Below, one piece after another: positions 11,228 through 25,500 of a stretch of DNA of 64,000 bases. Origin of the DNA: Sphagnum compactum (taxonomy: Eukaryota); NCBI GenBank assembly GCA_965153455.1, contig OZ234494.1:4836001-4900000 (forward strand), given 5' to 3'. The notes beneath the pieces were generated by a model that did no database searches, was not told the DNA's origin, and was given only the letters and a program-made list of their open reading frames with translations. The first letter of the stretch is position 1. Each line of letters begins with the position of its first letter. The position numbers and the translations under genes are program-made.

Positions 11228-12300
11228 CACTACAAGAAATTGTGTACCGTCCCTTGTCAAAGACACACATAATTGAAATAAAAACCTATATCATGATCTA
11301 CAACAAGTTCGACACCCAAGCTCCAATTTTTGTGATTCCAAAAGAATCAACAAGATCGAATTATATTATTCCTCATGCACCAAGCACTTGGGACGAGATT
11401 CAAAATTTATAATTTCTTATAATGTGTGGGCAACACATGATTATTGCAGCAAAGGTAGGATTTCATTCATTTTTATTTTTTTCCATCTCAATGTGTGCCG
11501 AATATTGTTACTAACATTTATTATAAAAAACCAAATCCTTGATTTATGCAAAAACTTGTGGCCAATGACAACACCACCCAACACACAAGGGATTTGTCTA
11601 GTGAATTCCAAAGTGTGGTGCTTTGGGATTTGGATTTTAGAAATATATGTAATATGTCCAAGATTTTGAATAACAAGGATTGTAACCTAGAAAGTACATC
11701 GTCTTATTGAGAAAATGATAATGGAGAGGTATTGTTCATCCTCCAAAAATATTAAAAAAATCAACATTAAACCTCAAGGAGAAGTAACGCGAGAAGCTAG
11801 CAAAAGGACTAATTTCAAAATAATCATATTACGTGATTTACATGTCAAGGGGGAAGGGGGGACCTGACCTCAAGTCTATGTATGTGTTCATGAAACTCTT
11901 GAAAAGGAAGGCCATGATCCATAATGAAATCATGATTTTTTGAGATCTCCAAAACCATTGGCGAATAACCAAAAGCCATATTCTAATGAGGATTGGCACA
12001 AAAAGAAAGTGTAGCACAAGTTCGACAAGATGTTTTTTTCAATTTTGAACTCAAAGCTCAATGACACGTTCTATAAAAAAATAAAATGAGACTCAACCCC
12101 TTCGATGATGCTCCACTTTCTAAATTTATAACTATTTTGAAAAAGTGGATAATTAGTGTAATTTCGAAGACAATTATTGCAAAGTTCATTACTCTGGACA
12201 CACATTACAAGTATGATAGATTCAATGACATGATAAAGCTTTTGAACAAATTCTAGAGCCAATATTGAATAGTGATATGGTATGTCTTAGCACTTTCGGT
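11228..12300 (+). mobile_element. Possible CACTA left end followed by decayed internal sequence
   Basis: Canonical En/Spm terminus CACTACAAGAAA at 11228. No matching right terminus was found, so the extent is uncertain. Confidence 0.35.
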
Positions 12301-13122
12301 GGGGGAATTGTGACTTACATTTGCTTGGAAAGTCCAAGTTGAACAATTATCTATTCATTTGCAATGCTTGTCGTTATCTTTTCATCTCACTTCCCGAATT
12401 TCTCATTTTTGATACTTATGGGAATTGAATTTTTTCTTGTTGTACCTATACAACAATTTTCTTAATATATTATGAGAACATTTGGATAAGTTGACGTGAA
12501 TTTAATAAATATAAAACAATTTGATTACAAGTGTTATATATTCATTTTTTTCATTTCTAAATGATTTGAAATGTTTTTTAAATAACATTATAATCATGAG
12601 TATTTGTAATTTACACTTTTACATATGGAACATTAATTTTTTTGTTTTTTTGAAACATAATAGTAAATCCAATTGACAAGTTATTGACATTTCAAAATCA
12701 AGTTCAATGGTTAGAGGTTAGTGAAGTTTTCATTTACACACAAATAGGTTTGAACTTAAATTTTTTTTTGAGGTCCTAGGATCCAAAATATGAACATCAT
12801 ACCATTAAACCATCACTATTAAGGAAATGGAACAATTTTTTCAATCATAAAATTTCTTATGTCAATTTAAAAATTTAAAGTTCAAAAAATATTCTTTTTT
12901 AAAAGTCAATTTTAATTTTGGCACATTATTTTGATTATTTAACACACTAGTTTTAAGCACATGATAAAAGAAGCAATTGTGGGTCATGTTTTCCATGCTT
13001 ACACTTTGAATAAAATAATAATAATCAATTAGATTCACACAATTATATGTAAAACAAATCATGTCTTTTCCATCATTAAATTACATGTTTTCAAATATTT
13101 CATCTCTTATAAATACAACAAA

Positions 13123-13145
13123 ACACACACACACACACACACACA
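13123..13145. repeat. (CA)n microsatellite
   Basis: Direct reading. Confidence 0.9.
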
Positions 13146-14081
13146 TATATTTTATTTTTATCTAAATTGTTTTTCTCCATATATACCTTCCAATATTTTT
13201 GTATCATTTTTTAAAAATTGCTTTCATTTCAACCTTAAACAACAATAAACTAAACAAAGAATAAAATTTATGTAAAACTAACTTTCACCCTTCAAACAAA
13301 ACTTGCAAATAAGTATTCATGTTGAAAAAACAACCATTGAGTTATAGATTTTCCCCAAAAACTCAAAATAATTGTTGTCATCCTTTGAGAAAACTTTATA
13401 CAATTTATTAAACCACCTATGCCATTGTCATCATCAACAACAAAAAATGATTTTATTCATGCATCCCAAAAATTTCACAAAACACCTTTCAAAAAATAAA
13501 AATGAATTGAACAAAATGAACCTTATACCTAATACATTTGACAATAAAATTCCCATAACTCACAATTAGTCTCAAATGTTATGAGATAATAACATGGTTA
13601 AGGAACCATCAATGGCTCTTGAATCATGTTGTGACATTATTTTTTACATTGTTTCACAATACATTAAATAGTGTTCCTATTTTTACACTATTTCCTATAC
13701 CTTAAAAATTGAACCTTGTTTGGTTAATGTTGGAGTGTTTTTAAAGGTTCAATTTCACATTTTAAATATAAGTTTTTTAAAAATATGAAATTTGAAAAAA
13801 AACAATGTCCTTCATCCAAAATGAACAATGTTTTATTTATTGTTCCTTGTGTTTAGTATTTCAAACAAATCAATTTAAGTTTGATTATGTAATTCAAATA
13901 AGAATCAATTACAATTGTTGACCATAACATTCAAACATTAAGGTACAAACACATTAAAGAAAACCAAGGGCACTAAAATCAAAAACTTTCCCAAGGACTA
14001 CATTTGAAATGTAACATTCACGTGTTGATATATTTTTTTTAATTTTGTATTTTAATATTTAATTTACAATTGTGTTTAAGG

Positions 14082-14107
14082 TATATATATATATATATAT
14101 ATATATA
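14082..14107. repeat. (TA)n microsatellite
   Basis: Direct reading. Confidence 0.9.
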
Positions 14108-14805
14108 CGTTTTAATTACATCTTGATTTTATGTGATATATAATTTATATCCCATGCTTGTAAAAATACATAAATGCATAACTTTTGTTGAAAACACATT
14201 CAAAATCCATAATTTTTTGGGCTAAAAACATGTTTGAACCAAAGGTGTTGAAATGAGTTATATTTTTTTAATTATTTTTTAATTTTTAAATCATTAACAT
14301 TGAAAAGGAATGTTGTGAATTTTATAAGGAACACATGTAAAAAGAAAAGAAAAACTTTCATCAATTGTTTCAATTTTGAAACATTGAGAATTTGCAAATA
14401 ATGGAACAAATTGCAAATTTGTTTTTTTAAAAAAATTATCCCACTATTGTTGTCCCCTTATGATTTTTTCAAAAATGAAACCGTTATAATTTTGTCCACA
14501 CAACTTGTGGCTCCTTTTATTGTGTTTGCACTAATTTGAGTCCTTTATTTTTTAGAAATCTTAACGTACACATTCAATATCATATCTTGAATTCAAGTTT
14601 AGAAGTTTAACCAAAAAAAATACGTAAACAAAAGAACCAACTATTGACCATCACACCAAATGAATTCCAACAACAAAACATTTACACCTTCCTAAAACTC
14701 TCCACAAATCAATTCCAAATTATGTTCATCATTAGAATGTGTATGTTGAGTTTTTGAACATTTCAATGCAGATTTTCTTTAACATATAATACCGCGTCTT
14801 GAAAA

Positions 14806-15000
14806 TCTATCTATGAAGGAAGGTAGTTTAGTTTGTTTTGTTTTGTTTGTACCGATGAGATCCACCGAACCAGGATGCTTTCAGATCCCGTTCTTGGTGT
14901 CTTTGGAAGGCTCTTGACGAGGAGGGGTGCGTGAGCTTTGGTTCCATGACATTTTGACTTGTGATGCAAAAGTTCTTGAATATTGAATGATTTGTTTCAA
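14806..15000 (+). mobile_element. Dispersed repeat, possibly the 5' part of a non-autonomous Helitron-like element (related copy at 58872)
   Basis: Begins a|TCta..aaggaagg..gtttgttttg..gagat..aacca..tcttggt..tggaa.g..cttga.gag..gggt, collinear with 58872-59060. Confidence 0.5.
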
Positions 15001-15259
15001 GCTTTCATTTGAACCACTTGGTGATTGAAGGAAAGGTTGAAAGTATAATTTCATCTTCCATTATTGGTTCGAGTCCTTTGATATGTGTCATATTTTGCAA
15101 TCTTTGATGGCACAATCTTTAGTCCCGTCACACTTTTAGAGGTTTGATACTAGGCCACGATCTAGTACAATGGAGCACCTCGTCTTTGCAAAATTGAATG
15201 CACCTCCCCAAGAGAATTTCATGTTTCAAATCTCAGGGATCTTACAAAAGTGGAAGGCA

Positions 15260-16347
15260 GGTACCTTATGCCTTTGTAAGATTTGCAAGTCTAAGTGAAG
15301 ACAAGAAAAACACGTGAAAGATCGTTGCGAATGTGCACCTGGAAATTGTATAAGGATGTAGACAGAATTTGCTTGGTTGGTGATTGCTGACAACCACCAA
15401 GAATACCTCATATTTTGTGAAAGGAGAGCCATATAGCTTTCACCCTCATCAAGGGTGAGTTTATGTCTTGCTAAAATGAGGGATGTTGCAGAGCTCCTGG
15501 AGTGTATTTCTTGATGCAGATGGTGCAAGAGCTATTGCAAGCACCTCATGTGTAGCTAATGCAGCCAATCCACTATGTTTGACTGTGTTGGGATCCCTTG
15601 CAAATAATCCTTCCTCAAGTCCACGGGAAAATGAATGAATGTGGTGATTCCAAATTCTCCCAAAAAGGTCTGCAAGGCCAGACTTGTGTGTCTTGTCTGT
15701 ATCCTGCAGTTTAGTACCAAGAGCCAGTCATACATGTAGTCTAAGGCTTCCTTGATTTGCAATTCCCTTGCCATGCACACCACTTCCAGCCATGAAACTT
15801 ATTCTGTTTGCTTTGCTATCCTCCCAATGCATAGAAGGAGGCTGCAAACATACAATAGAGTTTCATCACAGCTTCCAACCATGATCATACTTGCCATCCT
15901 CCTCAATCTGATGTACATTTCCAGGCATCCCTTGTCCTCCCTCCCCACTTTCATTGGAATCCCCCAGATCCTCCTCATCTCCAGAGCCAAAATACCAAGT
16001 CAATCACTTGTTGGAACTCTTCTTTACCTCTCTTTGGATTGCTGTCCAACTCGTTCTTACTTACAGATGCTTGCTCTGATACTCATCAGGTGTTGACAAG
16101 CTGTGAAAGAAATCCATCAGTAACATCATTAAGCTCAAAGACAAATTGGAATCACTGGGATTTCAGTTGCACCTGGAAGTCCTGGAGAAGAAGAGAGTGA
16201 GCTCCTCCTCTTGCTTAGGTATCAGTTGCCAGTTTTGCAGCTTCCCTTTTCTTCTCACCAGTCCTTTGTTTCCCTTTTGCTTTACCATCTTTCTCATATG
16301 AAAATCGAAAGAACTTCCCCGAGCCCATACGGTACTACATCAGAGAC
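15260..16347 (-). pseudogene. Decayed protein-coding gene of unrecognised family, divergent from COP10
   Basis: Minus-strand intron 16609-16348 (GT-AG), then ATG at 16328 (MGSGKFFRFSYEKDGKAKGKQRTGEKKREAAK). An acidic stretch (GDEEDLGDSNESGEG) and an ~89-codon open stretch (..SGLADLFGRIWNHHIHSFSRGLEEGLFARDPNTVKHSGLAALATHEVLAIALAPSASRNTLQELCNIPHFSK) follow. After frameshifts it continues LYGSPFTKYEVFLVVVSNHQPSKFCLHPY. Several stops are present. Confidence 0.5.
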
Positions 16348-16817
16348 CTGTACATAAACACAACATTTGGAACACAATCAGTGCCTAGCCATGACAGGTA
16401 CAAGAGGTGCTTCTAAAGGAACTGAGAGGAAGGAGGTACAAAAAAGAGGTGTGGTTCTGAAGGAACTGGGAGGAAAAGAGTACCAGAACAAATAGGACTG
16501 CAGCTGAGAATTGAAGAATTGAAGAAAACAGGAGGAATCTAGCATTGTTTGACAAAGCAAACAGCAAGATCTGAGATGCATTTGTAAGAAATCATGACAA
16601 AACCCACACCTGATCTGCAGCAAAGCATAAGCAAACAGAAAAAAGTTTCACAAGAATTAGGTCATTAGGGCTGCTGTTGTTGTATTGGGTCCTTGCTTGT
16701 TCCTTGCTACCGTTTGTCCTCTTCTTGAGGTTTCTGCGTGACCCGCACAACAGAAAGAATTCTTCACAGACAGACCCACAAACAGATCCATAGACACAGA
16801 GAGACACAGAGTTAGAG

Positions 16818-18466
<1,649 letters not shown>

Positions 18467-19739
18467 GAGCTCTTGGGCTTGGGAGAAGAAGATGGACTGA
18501 TTGAGGAGCAGCCTACAAGCAATAATGCCAAAATCCTGGTAAACATGGTCTTAATGTGCGCATGGGAAATCCACAAAAACTAAGCCTATGGCAATGAAGC
18601 TGAGACTTGTTGCAACTGAAGTGTGACATCTTTGTCAATTTGATTCCTCACTGCCTTGAGATCTATCCCATAAAAAAATAGAGATCCAAAGCATGTTCAA
18701 AGCATGAAGGTGGTATGTGAAATAGAGCTGCTTGGATGCATGCCGGAGTCCCACTCCTAAGAAATTCCATATTTCTGCTCTATGAAAAATCTAAATGGGT
18801 GGTATGTGTAGGCATTGAATTGTAGTAGATGTACCGAGCTTGGGTGTAAGTATTCTCTGGAATGAAAAACTGGGTTGCCCAGATGTGGCAAGCTTGGTGG
18901 TCATTTAGTCATTGTCTTGCCTACTGAGGAGAAAGCCTACCTCAGCTGAAACTCAGTCTCAAAGTGCTGCTGCTTTGAAGGTTGGTCAAGCAAAATGAAA
19001 ACCCGTTTTCTTGGTGTCTCTCTTGAGAGGCTTTTCTGAAGGCCCTAGGATGAGGGCATTACCAGATTAAGGGCAAGCTAGGAGATCCAACATTGAGAAG
19101 AAACAAAACACCTTGCTACTAAAGCAATTCTCAGATCGAGATAGAAACAACAAAAGGCCTCAAAAACCAATTTGCTTAGTATCAAATATTTGAGACTTGC
19201 ACTCAAAATGTCCAATTTCATTACCAACACGGTCAACAACAACAACAACAACGAGTTTGAGCAACAACATCATCATCATCATTAGAAACTCAAGACTGTA
19301 GCATCTTCTCAAGAAAACAAAATTTCCAACACCTTGATGAAGAAATTCTCAAATTCTAGTCATGGTTCCGAAGCTAACTTGAATCTTTGTACAAATTCCA
19401 AATAGGAACAAACTTGGAATTTATTTTTTCTTCTCAATAGCATGCAAATATATCAATCCATTTTATCTGACCTTGATGAAGAATACTCAATTTCTAGCTA
19501 TGTTTTAAAGCTAAGAATATATTTGCAAATTTATCTAGTTATGTTTTAGAGCTAAAACATTTATCTACAAATTCAACTTGTTATGTTTTCGAGCCAGGAA
19601 TTATTTCTCTAAAAGGTTCAAACAAGAAGAGATTTTACATTACAACTTTGTTTCTTTTCAGGTGTATGCAAAGAGATCATCAACTTCATACCATAGTCCA
19701 CAATTTCGAGGAGCTACTCCAACAATGGTTTCTGAAAAT

Positions 19740-20500
19740 TGCTTCAGAGCAGTTCAAAATCTTTGAATCAAATCCTGAAATTCATCTTTGAAACTAGATT
19801 TTTGAAGCAAATTTTTGAATCAATCTTAGAAGCAAAACCTTTGAATCATCAATAATCTTCAAAGCAACTGACTTTGAAGCAGTCTTGGGATCAATCTTAG
19901 AAGAAAGTTCCTTTGAATTGATCATTGGAGCAATTTTGGAGTCACTCTTTGATATCAGAATCTTTTGAAGCAATCTATGAATCATAATCCTTGAAGCAAA
20001 ATTTTGCAATCAATGTTTGGAATAGAATCTTTGGAGCAATATCTATGAATCAATCTTTGAAGAAATCTTGCTTGGAATCAATCTATCTGTGAAAGCAAGC
20101 CTTTGAATCAAGTCTTTGAAATCGATCTTTCAAGCAATTTTGGAATCATTATTGATCTTTGAAGCAATTTTGCAATCAATCTGTTTCGGAATCGAAGCAA
20201 TAGTCTATGAATCAATCTTGGAAGAAATCCGTTGATGAAGTATTCGTTGAAGCAATCTCTAAATATGCATTCTAGTGATCATGCAATTCTATTGAGAAGA
20301 TTGGATCCATTGGAAAGATCTCGTCTGAATCAATCTGTTTTGGAATCGATCTTCGAAGCAATAGTCTATGAACCAGTCTTTGAAGAAATCCGTTGTTGAA
20401 GCAATCGTTGAAGCAATCTTTGAATCTAAACATGCATTCTAGTGATCATGCAATTTTATTGAGGAGATTGAATCAATTGGAAACATCTCGTCTGAATCGC
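19740..20500. repeat. Degenerate tandem array (gaatcaatctttgaagcaa-like units) ending in a ~160 bp direct duplication
   Basis: Many gaatcaatct/ttgaagcaa units. 20175-20331 and 20332-20499 are near-identical (..atgcattctagtgatcatgcaatt..attgag.agattg.atc.attggaaa.atctcgtctgaatc). Confidence 0.85.
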
Positions 20501-22507
20501 TTATTTCATGGAGCGCAGGAACTGCATTTGTTTTCAGATCAGGTTCCTCTGCTGCTTTCTCTGTTTTCCGCAAGCGGCATCTCCAATTGGCATACTTAAA
20601 GCTTAGTTATATGATCAGTTTAACAACAGAAAAAGCTTGTAAGAAATGATTTGATCAAAGTTTTCTGCGAGCTAAGGAACTTACCAACGTGATGATGATG
20701 ATGATGGAATGATGCCGATGTTTTGTGAAACAAGCTATCTCCACAGTGCTGTTGTTGTTTCCTGCACAGCTTGCTAGTTCCGCAACAGAGAATTCTTCTC
20801 TCCACGTTGTCGTCGTTTTTGTGTTTGTTCAGTATCCCTGATCTTCTTCGCGGAAGAGACACACAGGTGGCACCGTCCACGCCCCTATTTCAGGCACCAG
20901 TTGTGCGAGAAAAGCGGTTCTATATGTCTTTCCGGAGCGTGCTGGCGGAGAGGCGCATTTCCATATTGGAAAAGACAGAAGTTGGCGCTTTCGAGAAATT
21001 TCAGCAGCTTTTGTTTTCTTGCGTGATTTCATGGCATACTACTGTGTGACAAAGACGAGCTATACGGTAAGCAATCGTATCACTTCCTCTCTTTGGCGTG
21101 CTTCGGCGAATGCCTGAGTAGTTTGTGCGGAAGTGCGCGTCCGGTAGAGAAGTTTGCTTGCAATATAAGCCAGGAAACGAGCCGAACCGTTTGAACTTTG
21201 AACGGATCAGCAGCTGATGTTGCGATTGAAGAATAGTGATTCCATCGGACTTGTTGCCGGGCAAAAAGTTTTGAAAGAATTTCAAGTTCCGGGGGAATCT
21301 TGTTCAGATCACAGGGAAGTGAAAATATATGTCGTATCTTTGCTGTCAAGAAGAAGAGCTTATAGCATTCGAAATTCCTGTGGCGTCCGTTGTTGTTGCT
21401 GCCTGCGACAGATTTCGAGCTTTTTCCGAGAATCTAGTATCGAGAGTGGAGTTTGGAGACTGTGCAACACAGACGAATGATAGCGTCCTCCCCCACAGGT
21501 TTGGCGCTAAAACCTACAACCTCATGAAGGAAACCTTGAACTGCAGATTGCTAGGTGATTATTTTTTCTCGGGGGATTGAGAAAGGGATTCCAGAGTTTT
21601 GTTGCCAGAAAGTAGCTGAAGGGACTCGATCAGCAGGAGTTCAGGGTCAAGCAGTTTTAGGCCAGGGAAAGATCTTGAAGAATGTGGTCAGGTTTTCTTT
21701 AGATTCACGAAGACTGAATTCACAAAGACTTTTTCACTTTTGAGATTTTTGCAACTAGTGGCACCACCAATGGGTTCTCAGTTTTATGTTCAGGATGGGA
21801 GAATTCAGTGGATTGTTGTGAGCAGAAGCTTGAATAAGTTGGAAACTCTGCAATTGTGTTAATCCAGGCTGTGCAAATTGCATTTGAGAGATTAGGTTTC
21901 AGGGTTTGAACAATTCAGTGCACTGTTTTGTTCTTAATGGTTGAAGGATATGGGTGATTGTCTCGTGGGAAGAAAACAATATGGAATTGTGGGTTTTGCT
22001 GCCAAAACCCCAAGTTGAAATCTATGTAGAGTTTCAATCTTTGTGTTCCAATATCATTCTGCTATGAAGATCACTGAGGAATGATCTCTTTGTGTTTTTG
22101 TTTATTTTTAGATTGACCAAGTCGCTCAAGAGGTGGAGTTTTGGGCTGGCAGTTTGGAGTTTCAACTCTCCAGGATATTAGGCAACATGTTGGGTGGAAT
22201 TTTTGGAGCGTTCAAGAAGCTCTTTCTGACACAGGCATGTGAAGCATTGTGAGAGCTTGGAGCATTTGATGTAAGAGCTTGGTTGCTTCAGAGACCTTGA
22301 GGAGATGGAGAGGGGATGCTCAGGGCAGGGATTGCCCGCCACCTTCCCTCCTTTGGCTGTTTGAACTTGAACAGACAACTGCATTGAGCTTGGCCATGGA
22401 GACCTAGAATTAGGTTGTGCACGGTCAAATTTCAACAAGATGTTGGTGGCAAGAGCTTGGTCAATTTGAGCGTTTTGGTTTTGAGGTTGCTGCAAAGGAC
22501 ACTGAGG

Positions 22508-25500
22508 ATGGAGGGAAAGGAGCAGCACATGCTTGGGGGGGCAATCGCCAACTACCTCTTCCTCTCGCAATTTGAGCTTATGCGTGCAACTTTGCTAAGC
22601 TTAGGTGAGCGGAATCCACAGGCAGCATGTGACATCTATCGCGCTGTAATCCTGCAGGTCTGGAAGCTCAAGGGGATTGTGTGGTCTGAAAGTGTGCCAT
22701 CCTCTGCACATTTGGCATGGATGTGTCTCCAAGAGCTTCATGCAATGGAGGAGAAACTTCTGGACAAGGCTGATGATGATCTGCAACAAGGGGGGGAGAC
22801 ATTGAACTATAGGTTGTCAAGAGACCATTGTTGGAGCTTTAATTGCCAGCCTGTTTATGACAGAATCGAGTTCCTTCTTTTAGTGGAATTTCTGAAGAGC
22901 TTTATACTTGAGAATGGGGAGGCGAATGCCGGGGACATCAAGCACAAGGGCTTTGTTGATTTAGGTAGGCAGAGGAGGAAGATGCATATTTTAAATGTGT
23001 CTGTTTCATAAGCTGGCAAGAGTAACAATTCTAAATGGGCTTGTTCATCCCTCCTGCTGCTTGTGATTAAAAAACAGAAGGACCCTCTAGAGTTCCTGAC
23101 TACTATGGGTTGCTTTGGGAGTTCTTTTGTGGCTGACCAAGTTCTAAGTCATGTGAGGGATTTGCATGTTGTTCCTTTTGCAATGTCTCTTGATTGCTAG
23201 CCAATGTCATGACTAAGTCTTCTTGTTGCTTCTGGTAATGCAACAGAAACTCAGGACACAGATTTTTGTGTCATGGTTTGCCCAATATTTTGGGCAGGTT
23301 ATTATTAACGTATCTACACCCACAGTCAGGAGCTGATGAAGTCAGTGGGGAGTCATGGCAGCTCATCACTGCTATTCATGGGGAAGATGATGGTCTGACA
23401 CTTTGTGAGCAACCTTCAGAAGGTTATGACCACATTCGTTGTTTTGTTACCTTCAATTGTTGTGGAGTTTCTTCATAATCTCATAGATATCTTCTTCTCC
23501 ACCTGTCTGGACTGAACTGTGATTTTGGGAGTATGAAACTGGGTATCCAGCATTTTCTTTGGGAACAGATGATGAAGGTGTGAACAGACCTTTGTCTCTG
23601 GATTGTTTGCCCTTTTGTTTATGGGCTTGGTGAAGTCAATTGCATCGTGAAGTAGCAAGAACTAATGGGGTGCATTTCATGTCATTTTGTGTGGAGTCTT
23701 GTAGGGGTGGGAGGAACAGAGGGAGATGAAGTAGAGGTTCTCTTTGGAGGTAAAGCAAGTGCAAATAGAACTGAAGACAATTCTGAAAATGTGAAAACAG
23801 TGGGTCTTCAACTTGTGGAGAAGATGATGGCAGCAGGTCTTGATCGGCTGAACAGAACACTCCAATTTGTCACAGGATTTGTATCAGAGGAGCAAGTTAA
23901 TAACACCGAGAGGGAGAGACAAACTGAAGAGAAGGATGCAGATAGAAAAGAGCACATTTCAGAGTCACTGCAAACACTTGGACATGGGAAGGAAACCCTG
24001 TCAGCAATGGAGAGAAAGTGGTTACGCTATGTGACACTTCGTCATCCTCAGCTTCTGAATGTGTTGTGTCAGAACATTTGGAGGCAACAGTGTAGCGCTG
24101 ATTTGGATTCACTGACTATGGTGTCTGATAGGTGCATCAATGGAGATAACATCAAAATGGCAGAAGAAGAAGACATGAATGGAGATCCAGTTGAAAAACT
24201 GAAGAGAGTTTCTAAGTGCCCTGAAGGCTTTGAGGTTAGACTCAAACTTTTTGCCAGCACCCTACTTCTTGTCACAATCTTGATGTGCAATTGAGATGTA
24301 GGATTGTGCTTGGTTGCAAACATCAAGCCAGCAGCTCAACAATCACACTTATAGCACTTTGTAATTGGTTATTAGGTTAAACAATCCCCTTAGGTGTTAC
24401 ACATCATTTTCAACTCATCACTAGCTGGATACCTTTGTGAGCAAGAAACCCAGCCATGCAAGAGAATTGTTGGGCTTCATGGCAGCTCAGCCCTCATGGA
24501 AAAGTGGTTGCTTTATATGCAGATGGGTTCTGTCATTCAGAGGGAAGTACAGCATGCACACCTCTGGCAAATTGGGGAGGACATGAAAGCAGGCCAGCTG
24601 GTCAAGGCAGCTCAGCACCTGCAGTACCTCCATGAAGATTTTGCACCTAGTGAAGCTGAATGCAGGTTCTTTGTGATTTCTTGGCTGGGTTCTCATTCAC
24701 AGTTTTGCAATGGTTGCAGTCTTGCATAAGTGTCATTTTGCATCACCACAACTGGCCTGTTTGTAGTGTTCCAATTGGTATTCTCAATGTGTCAACATGT
24801 ATCCTAATGTTACTCTGCTGTGTGATAATGTAAAGAAGGGCATCTGCTTTATTAATTTATCCATGTCTCAGAAGCCATTCAGGTGAAGAGTGTCACTCAC
24901 TCATAGTTGTTAGCAGATGTGGCATCCACTTTTCTCTTGGTCACAATTTGAGATATGCGGAGATATCAAGGTAAGCCAATTCCCTTCATTTTCAGGAAGA
25001 CAACTTTCTCAATACAATCCAGCCTTTCTCAGTCCTGTCTTTTTGTTTGGATGTTTATCCAGTGATGCAGTCACCTCCATCTTCAGGGAGACCAAATCCA
25101 AGGTGGGAGGGGAACATGATCATATCATGATGACCATACATGAATGCAGTCTTGCCTCTGGGAGCAGCCTGATCCCTAGGCTGGTGGAGGTATGCTGTTC
25201 ATGATCATATAGTTACTTGGCTCATCCGTGGTCAGCTGATGTGTTTGCATACACACATTGAGAAAGAGCATCAAGCTAATAATCTTGTTATAGAGCTCAC
25301 TACCATCTTATGGGCCTAGTCTCAAACCCCAGTTTTAGCCACCACCAATGAGGTAATTTAGCATGTTTGTTATCTAAAACTGTTAGAACCTTATGTCTTT
25401 GTGGGATGATAAGCACCTTGGAGAGGAAGCAACAGCATACTGTGTAACAATACCATGAAATAGAATGTGGACAGATCCTATGACCTTATTTTCTGAGGAT

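Noticed and set aside
6300-14800. Short Phe/Ile/Lys/Asn-rich ORFs in the AT-rich spacer
   Set aside because: Compositional artefacts of eroded repeats, with no splice-supported gene model.
20620-21743. Several 60-95 aa ORFs in the GC-richer zone
   Set aside because: No recognisable domains or consistent exon chain. Better explained as promoter/5' UTR of the ZFYVE26-like gene.
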